From Mobula hypostoma (taxonomy: Eukaryota), in the NCBI RefSeq assembly GCF_963921235.1, contig NC_086097.1, positions 243,910,001 through 243,974,000 on the forward strand: 64,000 bases of DNA. The letters run 5' to 3'. Shown piece after piece: positions 35,690-47,929 of this stretch. A model generated the notes under the pieces. It was given only the letters and a program-made list of their open reading frames with translations, had not been told where the DNA came from and did not search any database. The translations under genes and the position numbers were made by a program. The first letter of the stretch is position 1; every line of letters starts with the position of its first letter.

Positions 35690-38600
35690 ATGCCTACACC
35701 GAAGAAGTTTAGATCCTCTCTTCGACGGGAGTTCAGTGAAACCATCTCTCACTGCTCCCCATCTGTGATTTCTTCGGCTCTTCAACTTTTCGACCAGACT
35801 TTGACTCAAACTCGCTATCACTGCCATGTATCCTTTCTTGGAACGTGCCTCCGTCGCCAGCTTACTCCAGTTGGCTTTAGGATTCGTTTCCAAGCCTCTC
35901 AATTTGGACCTTCTGAGGATCCCAGGTACTCACATTTCATTGACTCTGCCTCTCGCCGCTTCTCCCGTCAAGCTCTGAAGGCGACGCTCTCCGCCATGAG
36001 GAGGTACTTGGTGTCCCTATCCCAGACCCTTCCACACCTTCGGGACACTTTCTTCGCCGTCTGTAATGGTCCTACCCGCTATTTCATCCTCCGTCGGATC
36101 CACGCCTGCAATCGCCGTTTCTTTGACTTTGTCATGTTAGGCAAAGATCGCAAGATCTTACATCTACGGACTGCAGAGCCTGCCGGCCCCGACGCTAGCA
36201 GGCATGAACTTTCGGTTGTGGCCCCTGCCGTTGGTCTCGGCGGCTCCAACACCTCAGGACATATTCAAAACCCGGACTCCAGCAACGACCATGGAGACAT
36301 TCAAAGCGATCGCGCAACCACCAACTGCGACTCCAGCCTTGAACTCCAGGCCGGGTCTTTATGTGCTGCTGTTGTGACTCCCGTCTCCCCTTCCCCCACC
36401 AATACTCTGCAATCCCGTCTCCCTCAGATCCCACCGTCAGCTCCTGGGCCCTCAGAGGCTCCATCTTCCTCTCACCCCAACCCTCCCCTCTCCACTGACA
36501 CCCCCAGCCTCCCCCCTCCCCCCTCTGATCCCAGCTCTCATCCGTGCCGGGTCTTTACCATCCCCTCCGACCTTCAACTGTCGGAGGCAGAACGCTCTGT
36601 TCTCAGTAAGGGCCTCACGTTTGTCCCCCTTCGCCCACACCTCAGCGAGTTCCGCATTCGCCATGATGCGGAACTCTTCTTCCGCCGTCTCCGTCTCCGA
36701 GCCTACTTCTTCGGCAAGGACTCTTCCACCCCCACCGATGACCCCTTCTCCCGTCTTCATCCCTCCTCTTCTTCATGGACACACCGCTCTGGTCTTCTGC
36801 CTGCTCTGGATCTCTTTATTGCCAACTGCCGACGGGACATCAACCGTCTCGACTTCACCGCACCTTGTCCCCATTCCAACCTCACTCCTTCGGAACGCTC
36901 TGCTCTCCACTCCCTCCGCCCTAATCCTAACATTATTATTAAACCCGCTGATAAGGGGGGTGCTGTTGTAGTCTGGCGTACTGACCTCTACCTTGCCGAG
37001 GCACAGCGACAACTCGCGGATACCTCCTCTTATTTACCCCTCGATCGTGACCCCACTAAGGAGCACCAGGCCATTGTCTCCCACACTATCAACGACTTTA
37101 TCCGCTCAGGGGATCTCCCATCCACTGCTACCAACCTTATAGTTCCCACACCCCGCACTTCCCGTTTCTACCTCCTACCCAAGATCCACAAACCTGCCTG
37201 TCCTGGCCGACCTATTGTCTCAGCTTGCTCCTGCCCCACCGAACTCGTTTCTGCATACCTCGACACTGTTTTATCACCCCTTGTTCAATCCCTTCCGACC
37301 TATGTTCGTGACACTTCTCACGCTCTTAAACTTTTTGATGATTTTAAGTTCCCTGGCCCCCACCGCTTTATTTTCACCTTGGATGTCCAGTCCCTATATA
37401 CTTCCATCCCCCATCAGGAAGGTCTCAAAGCTCTCCGCTTCTTTTTGGATTCCAGACCTAATCAGTTCCCCTCTACCACCACTCTGCTCCGTCTAGCAGA
37501 ATTAGTCCTTACTCTTAATAATTTCTCCTTTTGCTCCTCCCATTTCCTCCAAACTAAAGGTGTAGCTATGGGCACCCGTATGGGTCCTAGCTATGCCTGC
37601 CTTTTTGTTGGGTTTGTGGAACAATCTATGTTCCGTGCCTATTCTGGTATCTGTCCCCCACTTTTCCTTCGCTACATTGACAACTGCATTTGCGCTGCTT
37701 CCTGCACGCATGCAGAACTCGTTGACTTTATTAACTTTGCCTCCAACTTTCACCCTGCCCTCAAGTTTACCTGGTCCATTTCTGACACCTCCCTCCCCTT
37801 TCTAGATCTTTCTGTCTCTGTCTCTGGAGACAGCTTATCCACTGATGTCTACTATAAGCCTACTGACTCTCACAACTATCTGGACTATTCCTCGTCTCAC
37901 CCTGTCTCTTGCAAAAACGCCATCCCCTTCTCGCAATTCCTCCGTCTCCGCCGCATCTGCTCTCAGGATGAGGCTTTTCATTCTAGGACGAGGGAGATGT
38001 CTTCATTTTTTAAAGAAAGGGGCTTCCCTTCCTCCACTATCAACTCTGCTCTTAAACGCATCTCCCCCATTTCACGTATATCTGCTCTCACTCCATCCTC
38101 CCACCACCCCACTAGGAATAGGGTTCCCCTGGTCCTCACCTACCACCCCACCAGCCTCCGGGTCCAACATATTATTCTCCGTAACTTCCGCCACCTCCAA
38201 CGGGATCCCACCACTAAGCATATCTTTCCCTCCCCGCCTCTCTCTGCATTCCGCAGGGATCGCTCCCTACACAACTCCCTTGTCCATTCGTCCCCCCCAT
38301 CCCTCCCCACTGATCTCCCTCCTGGCACTTATCCGTGTAAGCGGAACAAGTGCTACACATGCCCTTACACTTCCTCCCTTACCACCATTCAGGGCCCCAA
38401 ACAGTCCTTCCAGGTGAGGCATCACTTCACCTGTGAGTCGACTGGGGTGATATACTGCGTCCGGTGCTCCCGATGTGGCCTTTTATATATTGGTGAGACC
38501 CGACGCAGACTGGGAGACCGCTTTGCTGAACATCTACGCTCTGTCCGCCAGAGAAAGCAGGATCTCCCAGTGGCCACACATTTTAATTCCACATCCCATT

Positions 38601-38740
38601 CCCATTCTGACATGTCTATCCACGGCCTCCTCTACTGTAAAGATGAAGCCACACTCAGGTTGGAGGAACAACACCTTATATTCCGTCTGGGTAGCCTCCA
38701 ACCTGATGGCATGAACATTGACTTCTCTAACTTCCGCTAG
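35690..38740 (+). CDS. PLE polyprotein: N-terminal extension, reverse transcriptase, Cys-rich linker, GIY-YIG endonuclease
   Basis: The frame is open from 35612; first ATG at 35690. Motifs: IKPADKGGAVVV, FYLLPKIHK, GRPIVS, TLDVQSLYTSIP, QTKGVAMG, YIDN, LPFLDL, CKRNKCYTC, VIYCVRCSRCGLLYIGET, RFAEH. Confidence 0.93.
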   Translation: MPTPKKFRSSLRREFSETISHCSPSVISSALQLFDQTLTQTRYHCHVSFLGTCLRRQLTPVGFRIRFQASQFGPSEDPRYSHFIDSASRRFSRQALKATLSAMRRYLVSLSQTLPHLRDTFFAVCNGPTRYFILRRIHACNRRFFDFVMLGKDRKILHLRTAEPAGPDASRHELSVVAPAVGLGGSNTSGHIQNPDSSNDHGDIQSDRATTNCDSSLELQAGSLCAAVVTPVSPSPTNTLQSRLPQIPPSAPGPSEAPSSSHPNPPLSTDTPSLPPPPSDPSSHPCRVFTIPSDLQLSEAERSVLSKGLTFVPLRPHLSEFRIRHDAELFFRRLRLRAYFFGKDSSTPTDDPFSRLHPSSSSWTHRSGLLPALDLFIANCRRDINRLDFTAPCPHSNLTPSERSALHSLRPNPNIIIKPADKGGAVVVWRTDLYLAEAQRQLADTSSYLPLDRDPTKEHQAIVSHTINDFIRSGDLPSTATNLIVPTPRTSRFYLLPKIHKPACPGRPIVSACSCPTELVSAYLDTVLSPLVQSLPTYVRDTSHALKLFDDFKFPGPHRFIFTLDVQSLYTSIPHQEGLKALRFFLDSRPNQFPSTTTLLRLAELVLTLNNFSFCSSHFLQTKGVAMGTRMGPSYACLFVGFVEQSMFRAYSGICPPLFLRYIDNCICAASCTHAELVDFINFASNFHPALKFTWSISDTSLPFLDLSVSVSGDSLSTDVYYKPTDSHNYLDYSSSHPVSCKNAIPFSQFLRLRRICSQDEAFHSRTREMSSFFKERGFPSSTINSALKRISPISRISALTPSSHHPTRNRVPLVLTYHPTSLRVQHIILRNFRHLQRDPTTKHIFPSPPLSAFRRDRSLHNSLVHSSPPSLPTDLPPGTYPCKRNKCYTCPYTSSLTTIQGPKQSFQVRHHFTCESTGVIYCVRCSRCGLLYIGETRRRLGDRFAEHLRSVRQRKQDLPVATHFNSTSHSHSDMSIHGLLYCKDEATLRLEEQHLIFRLGSLQPDGMNIDFSNFR

Positions 38741-39168
38741 GCCCCACCTCCCCCTCGTACCCCATCTGTTACTCTTTTTAATGCACACATTCTTTCTCTC
38801 ACTCTCCTTTTTCTCCCTCTGTCCCTCTGAATATACCTCTTGCCCATCCTCTGGGTCACCCCCCCCCCCGTCTTTCTTCCCGGACCTCCTGTCCCATGAT
38901 CCTCTCGTATCCCCTTCTGCCTATCACCTGTCCAGCTCTTGGCTCCATCCCTCCCCTTCCTGTCTTCTCCTATCATTTTGCATCTCCCCCTCCCCCTCCA
39001 GCTTTCAAATCCCTTACTCACTCTTCCTTCAGTTAGTCCTGACGAAGGGTCTCGGCCTGAAACGTCGACTGCGCCTCTTCCTATAGATGCTGCCTGGCCT
39101 GCTGCGTTCACCAGCAACTTTGATGTATGTTGCTTGAATTTCCAGCATCTGCAGAATTCCTGTTGTTT
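38558..39168 (+). repeat. PLE 3' pseudo-LTR
   Basis: Direct repeat of 35045-35653; ends gaattcctgttgttt. Confidence 0.95.
39035..39070 (+). ncRNA. Minimal type I hammerhead ribozyme (3' pLTR)
   Basis: agtc-CTGACGA(39039-39045)-agggtctcggcct-GAAA(39059-39062)-cgtc^gact; predicted cut after C39066. Confidence 0.8.
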
Positions 39169-42100
39169 TACTGTTGATCATGAAGTACACTGTGATTCAA
39201 TGTTGTAAAACAATTGAACATGAAAACTTCTAAAGGTGATGAATACTTTTTATAGGCACTGTAGATAGTGTAGACAGACAGTATCTTTTTCACAGCGTTG
39301 TAATGACCAAAGCCAGAGGGCATGCATTAAGGTGAGAGGGGATCATTTTAAAACAGATGCGAGGGCAATTTATTAACAGAGCAGGTATGCCTGGAATATG
39401 CTGGCTGAGGTGATGGGAGAGGAAGATACACTGGGGACTTTTAAGAGATGTTGAGATAGGAACATGACTGTGAAGAAAATGGAAGGAGATGGACATTGTG
39501 CAGGCAGAACAGATTAGTTAAGTTGGCTATTTGATCACTAATTTATTTTGTTGGGCACTGCATTATGGGCAGAAGGGCCTGTTTCTGTATTCTACTGTTC
39601 TATGCTGTATTCTGTGTGTGACCATTTCTGAAATGTCCCCTGAGGTTTGCAGCTGCAGGGCTCTTCCCGCACAATAGCAAAATGATCAGTAGTTGCTGAA
39701 ACTGACAATGCCGTGTCAAAGTCAGTTTTACAATTTCATTGCACAGGTGCAAAGGCAAACTCCTTTGAAGCAGACACATAACCTCATACAAACAGATACA
39801 CAAAAACATAACCTCATACCAGCAGCATCAGAGAAACATAACCTCATATCAGCAGCATCACACACACATAACCTCATACCAGCAGCGTCACGGACACATA
39901 ACCTCATACCAGCAGCGTAACAGACATAACCTCATACAAACAGCATCACAGGCATATAACCTCATACCAGCAGCGTCACAGACACGTAACCTCATTCCAG
40001 CAGCATCACAGACACATAACCTCATAACAGCAGTGTCACACACAAATAACCTTATACCAGCAGCGTCACAGGGACGTAACCTCATACCAGCAGCGTCACA
40101 GGCACATAACCTAATGCCAGCAGTTTCACAGACACATAATCTCATACCAGAAATGTCACAGACACATAACCTCATACCAGCAGCGTCACAGACACATAAC
40201 CTCATACAAACAGCATCACAGATACGTAACTTCATATCAGCCGTGTCACAGACACATAACCTCATACCAGCAACATCACAGGCACATAACCACATACCAG
40301 CAGCATCATAGAACATAACGTCATACCATCAGCATCACAGACACATAACCTCATACCAGCAGCGTCACAGGCAAATAACCTTATACCAGCAGCGTCACAG
40401 GCACGTAACCTCATACCAGCAGCATCACAGACAGGTAACCTCATACCAGCAGCATCACAGAGACATAACCTCATACCAGCAGCATCACAGACACATAACC
40501 TCATACCAGCAGTGTCACACACATAGCCTCTTACCAGCAGCGTCACAGGCACAGAACCTCATACCAGCAGCGTCACAGACACATAAAATCACACCAGCAG
40601 CATCACAGACACATAACCTCTTACCAGCAGCGTCACACACAAAGAACCTTATACCAGCAGCGTCACAGGCACGTAACCTCATACCAGCAGCATCACAGAC
40701 ATGTAACCTCATACCAGCAGTTTCACAGTCACATAACCTCACACCAGCAGCATCACAGACACATAACCTCTTACCAGCAGCGTCACACACAAATAACCTT
40801 ATACCAGCAGCATCACAGACACGTAACCTCATACCAGCAGCATCACAGACACATAACCTCTTACCAGCAGCATCACACACAAAGAACCTCATACCAGCAG
40901 CAACACAGACAGATAATCTGATACCAGCAGCATCACAGACAGGTAACCTCATATCAGCAGTATCACAGATACAGAACGTCATACCATCAATTTCACAGAC
41001 ACATAACCTCATACCATCAGTTTCACAGTCACATAACCTCATACCAGCAGCATCACAGACACGTAACTTCATACCAGCAGCATCACAGACACATAACCTC
41101 ATACCAGCAGCATCACAGACACGTAGCCTCGTACCAGCAGTTTCACAGTCACATAACCTCATACCAGCAGCATCGCCTACACATAACGTCATACCAGCAA
41201 AGTCACAGACACATAAACTCACACCAGCAGCGTCACACACAAATAACCTTATACCAGCAGCGTCACAGGCACGTAACCTCATACCATCAGTTTCACAGTC
41301 ACATAACCTCATACCAGCAGCATCACAGACACATAATGTCATACCATCAGCATCACAGACACATAACCTCTTAACAGCAGTGTCACAGGCTCATAAAATC
41401 ACACCAGCAGGGTCACAGACACATAACCTCATACCTGCAGTGTCACAGACACAAAACCTCATACCAGCAGCGTCACAGGCACATAACGTCATACCATCAA
41501 TTTCACAGACACATGACGTCATACCAGCAGTGCAACTGATATAAACTCTTACCAGCAGCGTCACAGACACATAACCTTATACCAGCAGCGTCACAGGCAC
41601 ATAACCTCATACCATCAGTTTCACAGTCACATAACCTCATACCAGCAGCATCACAGACACATAACCTCATACCATCAGCATCACAGACACATAACCTCTT
41701 AACAGCAGTGTCACAGACTCATAAAATCACACCAGCAGGGTCACAGACACATAACCTCATACCAGCAGTGTCACAGACACATAACCTCATACCAGCAGCG
41801 TCACACACAAATAACCTTATACCAGCAGCATCACAGACACGTAACCTCATACCAGCAGCGTCACAGACACATAACCTCTTACCAGCAGCGTCACACACAA
41901 AGAACCTCATACCAGCAGCGTCACAGACAGATAATCTCATACCAGCAGCATCACAGACAGGTAACCTCATATCAGCAGTATCACAGATACATAACCTCAT
42001 ACCAGCAGCATCACGGACACATAACCTCACACCAGCAGCATCACAGACACATAACCTCTTACCAGCAGCGTCACACACAAATAACCTTATACCAGCAGCA

Positions 42101-45100
42101 TCACAGACACGTAACCTGATACCAGCAGCGTCACAGACACATAACCTCTTACCAGCAGCGTCACACACAAAGAACCTCATACCAGCAGCGTCACAGACAG
42201 ATAATCTCATACCAGCAGCATCACAGACAGGTAACCTCATATCAGCAGTATCACAGATACATAACCTCATACCAGCAGCATCACGGACACCTAACCTCAT
42301 ACCAGCAGCGTCACAGGCACATAACGTCATACCATCAATTTCACAGACACATAATCTCATACCAGCAGTGTCACAGACACATAAACTCATATCAGCAATG
42401 TCACACACATAACCTCATACCAGCAGCGTCACAGACATGCAAAGTCATACAAACAGCGTCACAGACACTTAACCTCATACCAGCCGTGTCACGGACACAT
42501 AACTTCATACCAGCAGCGTCACAGACACATAACCTCATACAAACAGCATCACAGACACGTAGCCTCATACCAGCAGCATCACAGAGACATAACCTCATAC
42601 CAGCAGTATCACAGACACGTAACCTCGTACCAGCAGTTTCACAGTCACATAACCTCATACCAGCAGCATCACCTACACATAACGTCATACCAGCAAAGTC
42701 ACAGACACATAAACTCACACCAGCAGCGTCACACACAAATAACCTTATACCAGCAGCGTCACAGGCACGTAACCTCATACCATCAGTTTCACAGACACAT
42801 AACGTCATACCATCAGCATCACAGACACATAACCTCTTAACAGCAGTGTCACAGACTCATAAAATCATACCAGCAGGGTCACAGACACATAACCTCATAC
42901 CAGCAGTGTCACAGACACAAAACCTTATACCAGCAGCGTCACAGGCACGTAACCTCATACCATCAGTTTCACAGGCACATAACGTCATACCATCAATTTC
43001 ACAGACACATGACGTCATACCAGCAGTGTCACTGATATAAACTCTTACCAGCAGCGTCACAGACACATAACCTTATACCAGCAGCGTCACAGGCACATAA
43101 CCTCATACCATCAGTTTCACAGTCACATAACCTCATACCAGCAGCGTCACAGACACGTAACCTCATACCAGCAGCATCAGAGAGACATAACCTCATACCA
43201 GCAGCATCACACACAAAGAACCTTATACCAGCAGCGTCACAGACATGTAACCTCATACCATCAGTGTCACAGACACAGAACCTCATACCAGCAGCATCAC
43301 AGACACGTAACCTCATACCAGCAGCATCACAGACACATAACCTAATACCAGCAGCATCACAGACATGTACCTCATACCAGCAGTTTCACAGACACATAAC
43401 CTCTTACCAGCAGCGTCACAGACACGTAACCTCATACCAGCAGCGTCACAGACACGTAACCTCATACCAGCAGCGTCACAGACACATAACCTCTTACCAG
43501 CAGCGTCACACACATAGAACCTCATACCAGCAGCAACACAGACAGATAATCTGATACCAGCAGCATCACAGACAGGTAACCTCATATCAGCAGTATCACA
43601 GATACAGAACGTCATACCATCAATTTCACAGACACATAACCTCATACCAGCAGCGTCACAGACATGCAAAGTCATACAAACAGCGTCACAGACACTTAAC
43701 CTCATACCAGCCGTGTCACGGACACATAACTTCATACCAGCAGCGTCACAGACACATAACCTCATACAAACAGCATCACAGATACGTAACCTCATATCAG
43801 CAGTGTCATAGACACATAACCTCTTACCAGCAGCGTCACAGGCACATAACCTCATACCATCAGTTTCACAGTCACATAACCTCATACCAGCAGCATCACA
43901 GACACGTAACTTCATACCAGCAGCATCACAGACACGTAGCCTCGTACCAGCAGTTTCACAGTCACATAACCTCATACCAGCAGCATCGCCTACACATAAC
44001 GTCATACCAGCAAAGTCACAGACACATAAACTCACACCAGCAGCGTCACACACAAATAACCTTATACCAGCAGCGTCACAGGCACGTAACCTCATACCAT
44101 CAGTTTCACAGTCACATAACCTCATACCAGCAGCATCACAGACACATAACGTCATACCATCAGCATCACAGACACATAACCTCTTAACAGCAGTGTCACA
44201 GGCTCATAAAATCACACCAGCAGGGTCACAGACACATAACCTCATACCAGCAGTGTCACAGACACATAACCTCATACCAGCAGCGTCACACACAAATAAC
44301 CTTATACCAGCAGCATCACAGACACGTAACCTCATACCAGCAGCGTCACAGACACATAACCTCTTACCAGCAGCGTCACACACAAAGAACCTCATACCAG
44401 CAGCGTCACAGACAGATAATCTCATACCAGCAGCATCACAGACAGGTAACCTCATATCAGCAGTATCACAGATACATAACCTCATACCAGCAGCATCACG
44501 GACACATAACCTCACACCAGCAGCATTACAGACACATAACCTCTTACCAGCAGCGTCACACACAAATAACCTTATACCAGCAGCATCACAGACACGTAAC
44601 CTGATACCAGCAGCGTCACAGACACATAACCTCTTACCAGCAGCGTCACACACAAAGAACCTCATACCAGCAGCATCACAGACAGGTAACCTCATATCAG
44701 CAGTATCACAGATACATAACCTCACACCAGCAGCATCACAGACACATAACCTCTTACCAGCAGCGTCACACACAAATAACCTTATACCAGCAGCATCACA
44801 GACACGTAACCTCATACCAGCAGCGTCACAGACACATAACCTCTTACCAGCAGCGTCACACACAAAGAACCTCATACCAGCAGCGTCACAGACAGATAAT
44901 CTCATACCAGCAGCATCACAGACAGGTAACCTCATATCAGCAGTATCACAGATACATAACCTCATACCAGCAGCATCACGGACACCTAACCTCATACCAG
45001 CAGCGTCACAGGCACATAACGTCATACCATCAATTTCACAGACACATAATCTCATACCAGCAGTGTCACAGACACATAAACTCATATCAGCAATGTCACA

Positions 45101-47929
45101 CACATAACCTCATACCAGCAGCGTCACAGACATGCAAAGTCATACAACCAGCGTCACAGACACTTAACCTCATACCAGCCGTGTCACGGACACATAACTT
45201 CATACCAGCAGCGTCACAGACACGTAACCTCATACCAGCAGCGTCACAGACATAACCTCATACCAGCAGTGTCACAGACACGTAACCTCATACCAGCAGC
45301 GTCACAGACTCCTAACCTCATACCAGCAGCATCACAGACACAGAACCTCATACCAGCAGCGTCACAGACACGTAACCTCATACCAGCAGCATCACAGAGA
45401 CATAACCTCATACCAGCAGCATCACAGACACGTAACCTCATACCAGCAGTTTCACAGTCACATAACCTCATACCAGCAGCATCACCTACACATAACGTCA
45501 TACCAGCAAAGTCACAGACACATAAACTCACACCAGCAGCGTCACACAAAAAGAACCTTATACCAGCAGCGTCACAGGCACATAACCTCATACCAGCAAT
45601 GTCACAGACACATAACGTCATACCAGCAGTGTCACAGACACATTAACTCACACCAGCAGCGTCACAGACACATAACCTCACATCAGCAGTGTCACAAACA
45701 TAACCTCTTACCAGCAGCGTCACAGACACATAACCTCATAACAGCAGCATCACAGACACATAACCTCATACCAGCAACATCACAGACACATAACCTCATA
45801 CCAGCAGCGTCACAGACACATAACCTCATACCAGCTGCGTCACAGACATATCCTCATACCAGCAGCGTCACACAGAAATAACCTTATACCAGCAGGATCA
45901 CAGACACATAATGTCATACCATCAATGTCACAGACACATAACGTCATAAAAGCAGTGTCACAGACACATAATCTCCTACCAGCTGTGTCACAGACACAGG
46001 ACCTCATACCAGCAGCGTCACAGACACATAATCTCACACCAGCAGTTTCACAGACACATAACCTCATACCAGCAATGTCACAGACACATGACGTCATACC
46101 AGCAGTGTCACAGATATAAACTCATACCAGCAGCGTCACAGACACGTAACCTCATACCAGCAGCGTCACGGACACATAAACTCATAACAGCAGTGTCACA
46201 GACACGTAACCTCATACCAGCAGCATCACAGACACAAAACGTCATACCAGCAATATCACAGACACGTAACCTCATACCAGCAGCGTCACGGACACATAAA
46301 CTCATACCAGCAGCGTCACGGATACAGAAACTGATACCAGCAGCATCACAGACACGTAACCTCATACCAGCAGTGTCACAAACACATAACATTATACCAG
46401 GAATGTCACAGAAACATAACGTCATACCATCAGCGTCACACAAAAATAACCTCAAACCAGCAGCGTCACAGGCACGTAAACTCGTACCAGCAGCGTCACA
46501 GGCATAACCTCATACCAGCAGTGTCACAGACACATAACCTCATACCAGCAGCGTCACAGACACGTAACCTCATACCAGCAGTGTCACAAACACATAACAT
46601 TATACCAGGAATGTCACAGAAACATAACGTCATACCATCAGCGTCACACAAAAATAACCTCAAACCAGCAGCGTCACAGGCACGTAAAAACTCATACCAG
46701 CAGCGTCACAGGCATAACCTCATACCAGCAGTGTCACAGACACATAATCTCATACCAGCAGCGTCACAGACACATAATCTCATACCAGCAGCGTCACAGA
46801 CACATAATCTCATACCAGCAGCGTCACAGACTCATAACGTCATACCAGCAATGTCACAGACACATAACGTCATACCAGCAGTGTCACAGATATAACCTCA
46901 TACCAGCAGCGTCACAGACACGTGACCTCATACCAGCCGCATCACAGGCACGTAACCTCATACCAGCAGCGTCACAGACACATAATCTCACACCAGCAGT
47001 GTCACAGACACGTAACCTCATACCAGCAGTGTCACAGACACATAACCTCTTACCAGCAACGTCACAGGCACATAACCTCATACCAGCAGCATCACAGACA
47101 CATAACCTCATACCAGCAGTGTCACAAACACATAACATTATACCAGGAATGTCACAGAAACATAACGTCATACCATCAGCATCACAGACATATAACCTCT
47201 TACCAGCAGCGTCACAGACACATAACGTCATACAAACAGCATCACAGACACATAACCTCATACCAGCAGTGTCACAGACACATCACGTCATACCAGCAAT
47301 GTCACAGACACATAACGTCATACCAGCAGTGTCACGGACACATAAACTCATACCAGCAGCGTCACAGACACGTAACCTCATACCAGCAGCATCACAGACA
47401 CATAAACTCATACCAGCAGCGTCACAGACACGTAACCTCATACCAGCAGCATCACAGAAATGTAACCTCATACCAGCAGCATCACAGACACGTAACCTCA
47501 TACCAGCAGCATCACAGACACATAACCTAATGCCAGCAGTTTCACAGACGCATAACGTCATACCAGCAATGTCACAGACGCATAAACTCACACCAGCAGC
47601 GTCACGGACGCAAAACTCATGTCAGCATTGTCACACACATAACCTCATACAAACAGCATCACAGATACGTAATCTCATATCAGCAGTGTCACCGACCGAT
47701 AACCTCATACCAGCCAGTGTCACAGATATAACCTCATACCAGCAGCGTCACAGACACATAATCTCCTACTAGCTGCGTCACAGACATAACCTCATAACAG
47801 CAGCATCACAGACACGTAACCTCATACCAGCTGCGTCACAGTCACGTAATCTCAGATCAGCAGCGTCACAGACACGTAACCTCATAGCAGCAGCGTCACA
47901 CACACGTAATCTCATACCAGCTCCGTCAC

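Larger units (their letters stand above)
35042..39168 (+). mobile_element. Full-length Penelope-like retroelement (Neptune-type) with tandem pseudo-LTRs and TSD
   Basis: TSD ttttactgttgatc at 35028-35041 and 39166-39179 (first ttt shared with the element end). Direct repeats at 35045-35653 and 38558-39168 flank a single long ORF. Confidence 0.96.
33522..39261 (-). mobile_element. Tc1/mariner DNA transposon (IR/DR-type long TIRs, TA TSD); right TIR split by the PLE
   Basis: TA-cagtggctataaaaagtattcacc ... gaatactttttataggcactg-TA. TIRs are ~210 bp (33522-33738; 34925-35041 plus 39180-39261) with inner direct repeat aagtattcacc. Confidence 0.93.
33440..39612 (+). mobile_element. Old CR1 3' end split by the Tc1 insertion
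   Basis: cttgggttgttttctctggagcagcacaggctgaggggagatct...agaagcaTA | TAgatagtgtagacagacagtatcttttt...ccagagggcatgcattaaggtgagagg, with CR1 tail at ~39570-39612. Confidence 0.75.

Noticed and set aside
35030..35902. 290-aa minus-strand ORF and other antisense ORFs over PLE/CR1 elements
   Set aside because: Antisense shadows of transposon sequence with no independent domain signal.
39770..39900. Origin of the 30-bp satellite from a CR1 tail
   Set aside because: The similarity (cataacc...cagca..caga) is too short and low-complexity to support.
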